Shown one piece after another: positions 1-13,362 of a stretch of 64,000 nt of DNA. The stretch comes from Amoebophrya sp. A120. Taxonomy: Eukaryota; Protista; Dinoflagellata. Location of the stretch: positions 411,760 through 475,759 of the forward strand of contig CAJINV010000021.1 of NCBI GenBank assembly GCA_905178155.1, written 5' to 3'. Made by a program: the position numbers and the translations under genes. A model generated the notes under the pieces. That model made no database searches, was not told the origin of the DNA, and saw only the letters and a program-made list of their open reading frames with translations. Position 1 is the first letter of the stretch; every line of letters begins with the position of its first letter.

Positions 1-213
1 ATCTGAATCATACAAAAATCTGTGTTGCATGATTACGAATAAAGCTGTTCACTTTTGAGAAGGCCGAGAGGCAGTTTGTCATGCGGAAAAGGCATAGTAA
101 AGATCTCACAGAATCTGTGATGCTACGGCATGCATCACAGACCTCACACGTCATGCAAAACCTGCATCACAAGTCTGGCATTCTTCCAGACCCAGACACT
201 TTTGCAATCCATA
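1..213. mobile_element. Introner family A, truncated by the window edge
   Basis: Interior is collinear with 18400-18661; ends ccagacccagacacttttgcaatccata. Confidence 0.8.
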
Positions 214-1022
214 TACAGTGGAACAGTTTCAACATTCCAAACAGTTGTACACGGACGAGGTGGTGAATACGAAGAAGGTGTATGCAATGTAAATTCCCTG
301 TACATGATGTACAAAATGCATGACAAATTTCTCTAACTTGCAGCGTCCAACTTGTCATGCTAGACTAGGAGTGAGGGCAAGTTTTGTCATGCAGAAACTG
401 CATTTGCACGTGTGCGAGAAATTTACTGTGGATAAGGTGTGGATACAGATGATGGAGGTGGCGCGGAGGTTGGCAGAGGAAATCCGGGATGATACGGACG
501 CCGTCGACCCGCTGCCGGCACCGAAGCCGGTATTTATGGTGTACTTTCCGTGTGTGTAGAAATGGAATGGAAGAATTATGTATCTAACTCTATTCGCATG
601 TGAATGTGAAGAGGTCGTGACCGCGTGTTCGTGGTCCGCGTTTACAACGTTGGTTTATCTTTGTCAACTACTATCTCAATCGTTATTGCCATCAACTACT
701 TGTTTATATGTCTTCATGAATGTACAACTTCTACGGATTATGAATGTTGGAGCTGCATCTTCTATTGATGATGTTGTAATCACGACAGGCACCAGCGCCC
801 CCTCCGCCGAAGAAGAAACCCACGTGGGCCGACCATCCCAACTACGACGATACAAAGTGGTCGCAACGGCACCCGGACTGCCCACAGGGACCGCCGTGCG
901 TCTGCGACTGTAACTGCCGCGGAGCCCCGCCGCAAAACTTCATTGACCCACCACCGCCGCCACCGAAACCGTGTCCCACAGTGGACCCACCGCCCGCAGG
1001 GGGAATCACGCCGATTCGATGA
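214..1022 (+). CDS. 3' part of a Pro/Cys-rich protein gene (5' end outside window); exons ~214-280, 440-529, 789-1022
   Basis: Removing element 281-434 plus its TSD and GT-AG intron 530-788 gives the open frame TVEQFQHSKQLYTDEVVNTKKVWIQMM...PKP/APAPPPPKKKPTWADHPNY...CVCDCNC...TPIR*. Confidence 0.7.
281..434. mobile_element. TIR introner, TSD aggtg
   Basis: TA...TA ends, IR gtaaatt/aatttac, TSD 276-280/435-439; a GT-AG register is possible. Confidence 0.75.
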
Positions 1023-1922
1023 TGAAGATTTATTTGACGATAGTTTTCTTTTCCGGACAGAAGCAGGACGACATGGAGGATCGATGGTGATATATTGTCC
1101 GATGTGCTGTTAGTGTCAGTAAGAGGATCGATCTTCCGCCCGACATCTAGGGTCCTGATTGTTGTGTTAGCAATCGTCTCGCCGAAGGAGCGTCGAGCTA
1201 CTATACCATTCTGTCGATGCTGTCGTAGTGGTCGTCGCCAATAGAAAATGGCTTGTGGCAGGGACCTTGAGAGAGACGTAGAGTAGCGCAGCGGAGTCGC
1301 GTTTATTGAAGAATCTGACGGAGTTGCGCGAAAGCTTGAAGACATCTCTGTAGTTCATCTCGTGGTCGTTGTTCTGATAGAGTCGTGAGTTCGTGCGGCA
1401 ATGACCACATGCAAGAGCAGAGGCAGAGGGCACGTCGACGTATTTGTGTCGGACAAGAACGCACAAGATACGCCATTTTGGTAGCATCAGTTTGAAAAAG
1501 AATCCATAAAGTAGGAGCTTAGGGAGCTTTTGACCACGGAACAATAAGGCAGATACATAGAAGTAGAACAAGAACCTGAAGCAGGAGATATGCTAAAGTA
1601 AGAATAAAAACAGATGGGCTTCCGGCTCTCACTCTCTTTGACTGCGTGTGGACGGCGCTGCATTAGAAAAATAATCGGACAATCATTGATCGAACAATGG
1701 TAGAAATACGTACTACGGAGTGGGACAAGCGTACTCTGTCCGATCTTTTGTGGAAGCGCTGGTTGTTCTTGCTCCAAGCTGCATCGTAAAAAGGAATAAG
1801 CCGGCCAGTACATCACTCAGCAAGTGAATCGACTCTAAAGTCGATGCAAGAACAACCTCCAACGACACCAATCGGAAAAGAAAACGTCGACGTCCTGCAA
1901 GACCAAGAGTACCAGCGACGCC

Positions 1923-4900
1923 ATGGACTACTCCACGATACGCGAGAAAGAGGTTCCGCCTTTTTACCAGGACTGGATCGGTCGAATTGGAACTACAAAC
2001 CGCGGCGATCATCACGGGACAAGTAAGGGTAACAACAATAAACACACAAGCAGTTGTACAACTATCTCGTCTACGCAACAGGCTCTGAAATTATGCTTCC
2101 TCCATAAGGTCGGCGCCTTAGAAGTCGTCGCCGATGAGGACTTTTACGAGCACAGGGACGGCGTCGTCCTGGGGGAGCGCGGTTCCTTCAGCGCTCGCAG
2201 TAACTCCCCGGGTCGACGGGGGCGGACCGGCGCTGCATCTTCATGGGAGAACATTTTTGGACAAGCCGCGAAGGAAGTAGATGAGGCGCAAGACGAAATA
2301 TCAGAGAACCTCAAGAACATGGCGAGCACGACAGTAGGAGCTTCAACATCCGAACGAGCGCTAGAAGATCCAGTTTGGGAGTTTTTGACACGGCGCGAAA
2401 ACTCGCAGCTGCTGGAGTGGTTCCTAACGAGCGGACCGCCTGGGGATTTGAATAAAGTTTTTCCACAGCAACGAGCGCGACGAGCTTCTCAAACAGGAAC
2501 AAATGGAGGGGCAACGACCTCTACTTCGACGTCCTCGCCCAGACATCAAAGCAGTAGAAAACGCCCCCAACTACATCCCCACGAACAGTGGTGTAGTTTG
2601 ATGCAGGAAGCGGGCGACCCGGAGTCGTGGCAGGCAGCGGCGCGGCTCCTCGCCCTACTTTTGCAAGAGGGGGTGGAGTCCTGTCTGGACGAACTTGACG
2701 CGTTGGTTCCCGAATGGGAGCGCTCGGTGCTGCAGCCGATGAAACCCAGCGGCTTTTTCGGCGGCGGAACTGGCTTGCTGTTTGAGGACTACGCGCTCGC
2801 GCGGGCCGCGGAGGCGGACTCCGTCTTGAGTGTGCAGCTGCAGAGAAGCGGGGACTACTTGACCAATCTGCTGCCACCTGGTCGTGATCATCTCGCGGGT
2901 GGTACGGCAGTGGGAGGACGAGTAGTTGGTTCTGTTGGTAAAAACGAGCTACCAGGTCAACCTGCTGAGCAAACCGGCAGTTCATCCGACGAAGAAAACG
3001 ACAAGTATGGTTCCTCCATCGTGGGCAGCACCAAGGCGACTGCTGACGAAGCCGTGCCAGCTGCTGCAACCGTTGCCGTTCTCGCAAGAAATAAACAAGC
3101 TGCTAGTTGTACAACTACGAAGGGCAACTACGGTACCACCAAAGATGTTCACCTCGCGAAGAAGCATTCTCCCGCACGATCCACATACTTGCGCACCAGC
3201 ACTTCTGACAAGACAAAGCCCCAAGGTAGCCGAGAAATCAACGTGAAGCCGGGATTCGCAGAGCGACCCTCACCCAACTTCGCGCGCGGTCGCGTCAAGG
3301 GAGCGGCAGCGGGGGTTGAGGATGGTGGAGAATCATCTTCTACACGCACCGGAGGCGAGGATGAATACGACAAAAACGATGCAGCGGTGACAAACATTGG
3401 CGTCCTTTCCTGCTGTCTGAACAGTCCCTGTTTACTTGGAACAAAACAGCAGCAGCTCTCCAAGACCAGTTCCAAGAAGCACCTGCAGGTGCAAGCCATT
3501 TTCCGCGAGGCGCGCGCGATGATGCGTTCGGGTGGAGGGTCGTTAGAGGCGCGACTCGCCATTGCGGTCGCTCTGACCTACTGCGGCTGGTGTCAGAATC
3601 GATTTGGTGGGGGAGACCACGGAGTGGATTCTTCAAATTACAGAGGAAGTCGTGGATCAACTTCTGCAGCAGCTTCGCACTACACGCCTCCTCGGTTGCG
3701 CAAGAGCAGCTCGTCGCCGAAGAGAAATGGTTCGCGCAGGAGTGCTGGAGCTGGACGGGCAAGTTTTTCATCTGTCATGAACCACAGCATCAACCAGTCG
3801 CACAAGCTGGATCCGCGGAAGCGCTTGGCGGAGATGTTTGTGCTGGTACGGCGGCCTGCGGTACGAAAAAAGCTGGAGAGTCTGAGCGTCTGGCACCTCC
3901 GATTTCTGGTCGCCACGCCGCTGATGCTGGGGGACTACAGTTCCACACTGGCTGAGGACTTGCTGTGGTTGGAGGAGAGGGGGCCAACAACTACTTCTAC
4001 CGGGGGAACTGTCTTTGCGGAAGGCGGTCAAGGGGGCTCCAGAAGCACCGCGTCGACGTCCGCGACGTCTGGTGCAGGAGCTCGGCAACCAAGCGTCGCA
4101 TCCTCTACGTACGAGGACAAGTACACGGACGAGATGGAGGACGATCAGTCCTCGACTTCGATGGCCGCCGGAGGAAACGCGAATACGCGAAGTTGGATGC
4201 GCCCGCTCCCACTTGCCTTCCCGGCCATCTCCGCCGAAATAACAAGCGTGCAGGAACTGTGGCGCGTGATCTCCTCGAGCTTTCAGATACGCACGAAGAA
4301 CGACGCGGGCGTGGCGTACCAGCACAGCCCCGACCTGTTTTTCCACGCCCGGCCACTGACGTTGCAAAACTTGTGGACCACCGGCGGGCCGCAGGAGGTG
4401 CTGTTGAGCTTTTTTGTCAAACTGTGCCACACGTTGTGCATCCCAGCGGTGAAGGTTGGAGGTCAGCCTACAGCGGTTGATGAGCAGGGTGGTCTTGTTG
4501 ATGTTGGGGGAAGATACTATTCCCCAAAAGGAGCTGGCGCGGTTCTTGCGCGCGATCCTGCGACAGGAAAGTGGCTGGAATTCCGGTTACAACGAACCAC
4601 TACTGACGTGGAAAATGTGGACGACGCTTCTTTCTCCTACGAATTGATGGAGATGTCCCAGCGGCAACTGGTGCAGTCGCTTCCGGCAGGAGCTGCTGAA
4701 CGACTACAACACCCCCAAAAATCTACTTCCACCGCCCGCGGCCCGTACATCTGCAGTGAGATGCTGCGGTGCCAAGCGGAGATGGGTTTTCGCGACCTCA
4801 TCGAGGCGTCCTGGTGCTCCCCCTTGCCGATTCAAGCACTGGCGACGAGCACGGGGCGGGGCGGCACCCACTGCGAGAACCTGGCGGAGGTGTATCAAGT

Positions 4901-6941
4901 GGAAAATTCAAATTCTACTTCTTCAAGTGCAACAACCGCTTTCGCCGGGAGTGCGGGTTGGCTGGCCGACGGCAGCGTGGCCTGGATGGAGATGGATTTA
5001 GGGAAGCCGTGTGTGATCCAAGCCTTGAAATTTGATTGGCTCGCGGAGCCGGAGAGCATTGAGGTCTCCGCGCACCACCACGATTTGTGTCGCCGCCGGA
5101 ACCAGCAGCTTCTGACCGGGGGTACTAGTTGTAGACACCGCCTTGCTCTCGATGACGAGAGCGCGACGGAAATCTTGCCGCGGCAGACCAGTTCCGCCTG
5201 CTCTTCCTCTAGCGGCGAGAACCACAGCTCGGACGAGGCCCCGCCCGAGGACGGCGCGCTGGCCCACCGGCTGACCTCCCCGTACGCGCGAAAACGCTCT
5301 CCGGACGGATCCCCCAAAGTGCTGGAGGTACGGACGTTGAGTCCCGAGCGGCTACGGGAGCTGGTGGGGCAGCACGGAGAAAACATCACGCGGAATGTAC
5401 GGGAGGCAAGCGCGGGTGGGCAGCAGACCTTTCTCGTCGACTCCCCGACCTCACCGGGGCGGAGGCAGATCCGAAGCGGCAGAAGTGCTGCCCGCAATAC
5501 GGCAGAGGTGGAGCACCAGATCGGGATCCAGAACATCTCGCCAGCACATTCCAGAGCGGAAGGAGCAAGAAATTCAACATCAAAAGCGATGTTGACTACA
5601 AATGTCCACGAGGACCACGAAGGCGGCGCCCTTCCGCCTTATTTGCGCTCGGTGGTTGAGCAATCGAAAACGCTGCAGACAGTTCCTGCCACCTCAGCTT
5701 CCGCTGATGGCAGAAGTGGCCCGGCGTGGCGCCTGTTAGACACACACGTGTCAAGAGAGGAAGGGGGCTTTGTAACAACAAGTGTGATTCGTTTGCAAGG
5801 ACTCTTTGGTTCGTCATCATCTCCTGGACGACAACGAGAAGACGAGGACAGGGATGAAACAAACGCTGCAGAACCCCCTTCGACACCCAAGGCCGCTGCA
5901 GCGGACGAAGAAGCTACTGGTACTGCGCGTGCAGAAATTTTACCGCAAGAGCAGTTGCTGGACCAGCAACACGACATCACGACCACGCCACTCCAGCTCC
6001 CCATCCTGCGCTACCTCCGCATTGACCTTCGGGATGCGGTCAGCTCGAATCGACTCGTGCGCGAGCGCTGCTCCATCGGGGTTCGGCGGTTGCAGGTCCA
6101 CGGCTGCGGTTTCTCGGAGCACCGCCGGGCCAAAACTTTGCTGCAGGCACGCGCGGGCCGCGTCTGCGAGCTCTTGTTCGCCGCGGTCGAAGCGTGTCCG
6201 ACGAACATACTCGCCTGGCGCCAACTGTTCTGGATCCTGACTGTTTTCGTCCACGAGCAGGTGCAGGAGACGAAACTGTTATTGTGAGGAAAAATATCCC
6301 CTCCCCATATTGAAACGGAAATTTGTGTTGCTGGATTTGTGTACACAAATCTGCTCTGTCTTGCAGTGAGGCACTGCAGGCAAAGCCTAAGCCTATGTAG
6401 GTGTGTTTTGATGTAGGTGCTTAGCATAGCAGAGGCCTGCCATGTAGCTGCAACAGCAATACAAATCGCCTGCATAGTCCGGCGGATTCTTTGGATTTGC
6501 CCTCTTGCAAGAGAGACAGGATTTGTGGCCACAAATCAGCATCGCAAATTTTTCGGGGCGTGCCCGTTCAATATGGGGAGAAGGGATTTTTCCTTACGAT
6601 AACTGTGCTCGAGAAACCGCCACGCCTGGATCTCCGAGGCCGTCGCGCGGGCGAGGAGAAAAAACGAGGCGGGAACTTCTGGTATCAACAGTTTGGCGGT
6701 CACTCACGACTCGGTGTCGGCAGTTCTGCGGTTTCGAATGGAAGAGATTTTTGCTGAGAACAAGGACACGCAAGTACTAGGAGATGAAAAATCAAGGAGG
6801 AAATCGTCCGAAACGTCGCACCAGGTGGAGGAAGATGATGGTGAACAAGAAGCCTGTGAAGTACTAGAACAACCCTACATCCTCCTCGATCGGCTGTGGC
6901 AGGAGTACATCCGGTTTTCGAGCGCTGACTGTGGCAACTGA
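1923..6941 (+). CDS. Large (~1560 aa) unknown protein with a possible discoidin/galactose-binding-like domain; exons 1923-6279, 6607-6941
   Basis: 1454-aa ORF continues in frame into ORF 6693-6941 after element 6280-6601 is removed; WMEMDLGKPCVIQALK...RYLRIDL...IGVRRLQVHG resembles the F5/8-C fold. Confidence 0.7.
6280..6601. mobile_element. Introner family E, TSD actgt
   Basis: TIR ctccccatattgaa/ttcaatatggggag; homologous to 15332-15660 with inverted interior. Confidence 0.9.
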
Positions 6942-7657
6942 AGAAATCTACTCCAGGACTGCTGGGAGGTGATGTAGTTCCAGGGACGAAAGCGAGGCAG
7001 CTTCCACCCTGCAGCTCTCTGGAAGGGCATTTGCTACTCGGTCGGGGGGCGCAAGCACCAGCTTGCTTTACAATGATTGAGATTCCAAGCTTCCTAGAAG
7101 ACGAGCGAAGACGTCGGCACGACCGACCAAGAAATGCACGCAGATGAAGATGTATGATTGAATATGTAAAACGAACGCTACTTGATGAAAAATGTAAGGT
7201 CCTAAATTAGGAGGAAAATGTCGAACACATCAACTTTTGTACGAGTGCGCTTGAAGACCACAGTGTGTGTGCGTCTGGACAGCAGTAGTCAGGCTGACTT
7301 CGCTGTCTTGCCAGCATGCTGTTTCTACTTGAGTGTGATCTTCTCCTCTCATACATAGTGAAGGAGCTTCATGAGAGAACGAGGCATCTATTGGACCGCT
7401 ATCTTCCACGGCAGTCAACTACTGAAGAATTCGCGGGGAGGAGTGCTGCTGCGTCGAGAACTACAACGAGGGGGCAATAAAGTGAATAAGATGTAAATGA
7501 TTTTTCATGAGTATGAGTGCAGGGCGGGGACAGAGTGACAGTGGGTAATCGTAGAGCAACAGCGAGAACAGCTTTCTGATACGCCAGAAACAGTAGACAA
7601 GAGGGCTGCGAGCCACAGCCACGTGACGTAGAAGCTGCAGTGGCATAGATCGCGAGC

Positions 7658-10078
7658 ATGAGGGCATCATCTTTTTCACGACCTCGCAGTAGTTGTACCA
7701 GGGGCTCAATGAGGAGGCCGCGGTGGTCTGCTCTGGTACAGTGTGCGCTCGTACTTGCTGAACTCGCTGCAGGCTTCATCTACCTGGACAAGGACCTCAA
7801 GTCCGCTGGCTCTACAGGCAAGCTGCTGCGAAAGCAAAAGGACGAGGGCAGGAACGACATCAATTTCAGCAAGGGCTTCTATGACGAACTTGACCCACAG
7901 GCGACACGGCCGGCGCCTGAGAAGATGAAGCTGTTGACCCTCGATCGTCGTGTAAGCAGAGACTCGATCGCAATCGGCGGCGATGGGACTACTGCGTCTG
8001 CAGAGGGGAAGCAGCTGCTCTGTGCGCTGCGTGACTCGGGTCGAGTTTGCGTTCCCGTTGTGGGAGACGACAAAAGGAGAAGCTGCGTCGCGAATTCGAG
8101 CGAATGCCACACAGGAGCAGCCGGGCGGCGAGGACGATGCAGCAGCAACTTCCTCTTTTGCGGCTAAGAGTAGGAGACTATCACTTTCTTCACCAGAACA
8201 AGAGTCTCTTGCAGCGGAAGCACAAGGAGCCCCCGACCCCGAGCAAGAAGACGCCTCTACTTTCTACCGTCCGCCCCTGGTGGGGAAAAGCTGCGCGATC
8301 GTGTCGAACAGTGGCGCCATGCTTTTGCACTCCTACGGAGACGAGATTGACGCGCACGATTTCGTACTGCGCATGAACCGAGCGCCGACGCGAGGCTTTG
8401 AAAAACACGTGGGGAAGAGGGAAAGCATTCGCGCGGGGTGGGACAGCACGCAATTCTTGAGGGCATTCTGTACTGAACGAGGTGCGGCACTAGAAGCGAC
8501 GGGAACGTCTTCAAGCGGCGTCGCGGATGAATCAGTGATTGAAGGAGCGAAGAACAGCAGCTCTGCTGGAGGTGCGTCAGCGTCGTCGCGCGAAACCGTC
8601 TACGTTCCTGAAGAGTTCATTCCGAGTCCCGAATGCATGCAAGTAACGCAAAATGAAAACAACGAGCAGGACGTGCAGACCGAGCTGAAAACAGCCGCAG
8701 CTGCCCCACCAGACTTGTCAGAGCACACTGTTGCTTCTGTTGCCGAGCAAGAGAAGAGACGAGGGAGCATCAGCTCAACACGACCTCCCCTAGTTGTACC
8801 GTTCATGAAGACGTGGCAGAACGTCGGCATCATAGACGACACTTCGATCACTCGCTTCCTCCAGGAGCAGTATGGCGCTTCTGAGGCGTTGGCGTCTCTT
8901 CAGGGTGGCGGTGGAGAGACATCCGGGGCTTACTACGGCGTCATCTTGCTCTATGGATGTGTCAGAGTTGAGATCGACAAAGTTGAAATAACTTGTAATG
9001 CATAAAATGGATACCATTTGGAAGCCCAATTTCCAAGCGGCGCATGACAAATTTCCGGAGCATCGGAATCCAATTTGTCGTGCTGTTTGGGCACAGAAGA
9101 CCGCTTCTGTCATGCTCCTTTAGCAGCTCTTTTCCAAACCCTAAATAGGCTCACAATCTGCCTCGCTTGCCATCCCGGCAAGAGAGGCAATTCATGCCTT
9201 GCAATTTATGCATGAGACATTATTTCAACTTTGACGATTTCAATTCTGACGCCTCCACATGCTCGGCTACTGCGACCACGTCGATTTTTACGAGATGGCA
9301 CCGTCGGAAGCGGCCCTGATATGCAAGAAAAAACTGTATGCGGGTAAGTCTGTAAATGCAAAGCTGCATGCGACACAGTTACTGTTACACTTGTCATGCT
9401 AGTACAACCCACCAGCCATGAGGTCCTATTTCATGTGCGTTTTCATGTACTAGCTATGCATGACGGGATTTTTTCCTTGTCAAGCAGAGCAAATTTGTCA
9501 TGCTGTCAAACGAAGACACCTATAGTAACACAGTTTTTTTCTTCGATACCTGACGCAACAGAACCACTACTATTCATCATTCTTTGGTGGCGAGATCCAA
9601 GACGAGCGGCCAAGTACGGAGAACGAACCCTGGGGCCGGGGGGCCTTGACGAACAGCTTCCACGCGTGGGTCCTATGCATTGCAAATATGTCTGGGTCTG
9701 TGGAAGATTGCGCGACTTGTCCTGCTCGGCCAGCACCACCCAAAAGCCTCTCAATTTTTTTTTTTTTGTGTTATGCAAAAACACAGTTATTTCTCATGCA
9801 GAATAGCAATAGACAACACCTTCTAGCACCGCAGACGAAACTTGTTATGCTGGACCGTCAACTGATTAATTGTGGCGTCCTCAAGATGAGCCAACTAGCG
9901 TCACATGTTTCCGGAACCACATCGATGACATGCTTGCATTTGATAGGTCCGCGCGGAGCACGATTTTTTTCGTCGAGTGGCAATCACACCAGCGGAAGAA
10001 AGCCTCCGAACAGGGAAGCTGCGCATCCAGGGGCTCTCAACACTCACGGAGGAGGACTGCGCAGGTGCACCAAACTGA
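7658..10078 (+). CDS. GT29 sialyltransferase-like protein, paralogue 1 (three introners; +1 frameshift near 8038-8040)
   Basis: Sialylmotif L CAIVSNSG...EIDAHDFVLRMNRAPTRGFEKHVG; motif S (TSGAYYGVILLGYCDHVDFY) is rebuilt after element removal; C-terminus aligns with paralogue 2. Confidence 0.8.
8952..9259. mobile_element. TIR introner, TSD tgctc
   Basis: IR gtcagagttg...aaagttgaaataa/ttatttcaacttt...caattctgac; ends TA...CA; removal restores sialylmotif S. Confidence 0.88.
9320..9548. mobile_element. Introner family F, TSD cctga
   Basis: tatgcaagaaaaaactgt/acagtttttttcttcgata; homologous to 16372-16592. Confidence 0.9.
9674..9945. mobile_element. Degenerate TIR introner, TSD ggtcc
   Basis: TA...TA ends; removal gives HAWV/RAEHDFFRR, matching paralogue 2; a GT-AG register is possible. 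Confidence 0.8.
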
Positions 10079-10772
10079 AAATTTGGTGCGGTTGCATTCT
10101 TTCGCTTTCATCTGGCACCCGTAGAAGTGCAGCGAGCGCGAGCTGGTGAACCGCCCGCGAGGGCGGCGCGGGGAAACCCGCGAACGCCACGAAATCGTGG
10201 ACAAAATAGAATTCTACGAAAGCCATGCGATAAGGTCAGGACACACAGAACAGAGTTACATAATGCATGGGACGAGTCTGATTTTCATTTTTTATTTTTT
10301 ACACGCTGCACCACCTCCACCAGGGTGGAGGAGCAAATACTTCATGACTTGGGAGAATAGACACGAACAAGTACTTTACTACTGTCGCTCGGAGTAGATG
10401 TAGAAGAAGTGACACCTGTAAGTTGTTCTTTGATAGCACCACCGCTCGAGATGAACGACGGAATGCGCAGCGTCAAGCTAGTGTAGTTGTGGAATGTCGA
10501 ACTGACAATGTGCGTGCACCGCAACGAGGGGTTAGTGGAGGTTTTGGTACATGACCACACAGACAAGAGGGCGGAGCGGAAGATTAAGTATGTTCGTTCA
10601 ACGCCGCCAGATAGACACTGCACGTCGAGAAGATCAGCAGTGATATGGTGCTACTAGCGAAGATCCAGCAGGTATTTTTTGCTGTGGGTACTATAGGAGA
10701 GCTAGAACAACTACAACTTCTAGGAGAGGTACTTCTACCAGAGGCCGCGCCGCTCCACCAGAGTCAGAGACC

Positions 10773-13362
10773 ATGAACTACATGATGGCAGCACGACGCC
10801 CATTTATTTGCAGCGGTTCTCGGGAGAGCTGGCGGCGATGGTGGTCGGCTTTACTACAACTTGCTCTCCTGCTCGGTGGAGATGAAACAGAAACTGTACG
10901 AGGTTTCAAGGAAGTTGCCGAAACACCTACTTCCAGCACAGGAGGAAAGTTGTTGCGGAAGCACGAGCACGACGGTACCATTAACGACAAGATCGGTCCT
11001 CCGGTCCAAGAACCCCAAGACGAGGACCACCACGTCGATGGTGCACCCAAGAACACACGGCCCCGGCTGCACGTGAAGAACAAGAGCCTACCGACGGCGC
11101 TCCTTCGCGTCGCCAGGAACTCTGCCGCTACTGGCGGTGACGGTAGGAACGCGTCTGCCGAGGGGAAACAGCTGCTCTGTGCGCTGCGTGACTCAGTCGA
11201 GTTCGCGTCGCCGCCGTGGGGTGTGGCGAAAAGAGGAGGAGCTGCGTCGAGTGGAGGAGGTCCTCGTTTGAATGTGAATGTCCTCGCGCCGGCACGGAAC
11301 ACCGAGGAGGACCTCCAGGCTGACGAGGCAAGAACATCATCCTCAGAACAACTTCTTCTAAAGCCGGGAGTAGACGCTGGAGTACATCAGGAACAAGAAG
11401 ACGCCTCTACTTTCTACCGCCCGCCTCTGCTGGGGAAGAGCTGCGCGATTGTCTCGAGCAGCGGCGCCATGCTTTTGCACGAGTATGGACATGAGATTGA
11501 CGCGCACGACTTCGTACTGCGAATGAATCGAGCACCGACGCGACGGTTTGAGAAGCACGTCGGGAAGCGAGAAAGCATTCGCGTGGGGTGGGACAGCCCG
11601 CCTTTCGTACGGCAGTTTTGCAGAGAGCAAACGGCTGCATTTAATATTTTAGCAGCGACGGCGGGAAATAAGAGGAAGAGCCGCGCGGCCCACGGCCGCG
11701 TGCAGAATAAAAAAGATCAGCAAGAAGAAGCGGACGGCACTGCAGCCGCTGTAAACAACTCTTCACATGAGATGGACGACGAGACCGTGTACATCATGGC
11801 GGACGAAATCCCGCACCCTGAATGCACGCAAATGCAAAACAAGCAGGCCGAGCTAAAAGAAGCAGTCCTCTTCAACGCCGGGCACGCCGCTGCTGCTGTG
11901 GCGGCCGACGAGACGACACCACCACTCTTTGAGGACGAAATACAGAGCACGAAGGATCATGAAGATCTACCGCGTCGGAGGACAAGTAGAACAAGTGCGT
12001 CGATTGAAGGTGACGGAGCACTAAACAAGGTCGACGAGGGTCGTGAAGAAGATGACTTTCTCGCGCACGACAAGGACAATAATTTGTTCGGCAACTACAA
12101 GAATACGAGCAAATCTTCTACACCCATAATTCGAATTCCGTCCATCTTCATCAAGACCTTTCAGAACGTCGATGCAGACACTGGATCGCTCGGGCGCTTT
12201 CTTCTGGACGTTTACGGCCCCGGGGAAGCGCAGGCGCTGGATGCGCGCACAACAGACCCGTCATCGGGAGCGAAATACGGGGTACTACGAAAGCGAAATA
12301 AAAATAAAGCTCTAGTATCGAGGACGATCGATGTTGAAGATGTGCTGGATGTCGATAAGTACAGGTAGTTCTCGTTTTCATGCATTGATGAAGATTTGTC
12401 TTGCAGCAGCGGCACCAGCAGCTCCTCACCACTGACGCCCCCTCGGAAGTCTAAGTAAGTTGTAACAGCAAGTATGGCGCACAATTGCAATTGCTGCAGC
12501 AAGTTGCTGTAGCGCTATCAAATTTGGGATAAAACTTTCGACTTCGGGTGGGTTTTGTAACCATAGCTGCGCTTGTTCTTGTATCGCCCCCTCACGCAGC
12601 TGAAATAATGAACACTATCTCAGCTGCAACCTTTGCAGCCGATAGGGATATGGCTTCTTTTTATTTTTCGTTTCACAGGTGATGTTGCTCGGATACTGCG
12701 ACCACGTCGATTTTTACGAAAAGGCACCGTCGAAGGCGGCGCTTGTATCCAATGAAAAATGATAGAAAGCCGGACTACTTATTGCAACAACCCCACCTCG
12801 TCAAATCATGGCGCAGACACCATGAAGATGCAGAGCGCGGTAAATAGTAGGTACCTACTTCTACTTAAGTACACAATCATAGAGGACGTAAGCTCTTGAT
12901 GTTGATGTCATGCCAAATATATTCCATCTTCTCCTTGGATACCTTGGGGCGATAAACCATTACTTCTCCCGTCCCGACGCTTTGCTCGACCCCGAATCGG
13001 ATGAGCAGGAGGACACTGCATCTAGTGCGGCTGCGGTTCTTTTCGCTGACACCGGTGTGGAACTTGTGCGGAGGACGACCGGAAGAAGATCTTCGAAGCA
13101 GGAGCGCAAGAAAACATCATACCTCGACCAGGAACAGGAACACCAGCCTCTTAGTCCTCCGCACGACGTCCAGCTCCCGAGTACGGAGAACGAGCCGTGG
13201 GGCCAGGGGGCTGAAATGAACTCCTGGCACGGGTTACTCCGCGCAGAGCACGATTTTTTCCGTCGCGTGGCCATGACACCAGCAGAAGAAAGCCTGCGAA
13301 CCGGGAAACTGCGCATCCAGGGGCTTGCGACCCTCACGGACGAGGACTGTCGACCAGGCTGA
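10773..13362 (+). CDS. GT29 sialyltransferase-like protein, paralogue 2; exons 10773-12281, 12679-12745, 12947-13362
   Basis: Sialylmotif L CAIVSSSG...EIDAHDFVLRMNRAP; motif S PSSGAKYG/VMLLGYCDHVDFY spans GT-AG intron 12282-12678; N-terminal hydrophobic anchor. Confidence 0.85.
12746..12941. mobile_element. TIR introner, TSD gcttg/ccttg
   Basis: tatccaa/ttggata; frame restored (AAL/GAINHYF). Confidence 0.8.

Noticed and set aside
842-1345. Minus-strand 167-aa Gly/Cys ORF
   Set aside because: Explained as the antisense of the + strand terminal exon 789-1022.
1465-1490. Dinoflagellate spliced-leader relic (gccattttgg)
   Set aside because: Only a 10-nt match, which is plausible by chance.
6280-6601. 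Canonical splicing of family E via internal GTGAG and AG
   Set aside because: The retained footprint contains an in-frame TAA and there is no pyrimidine tract.
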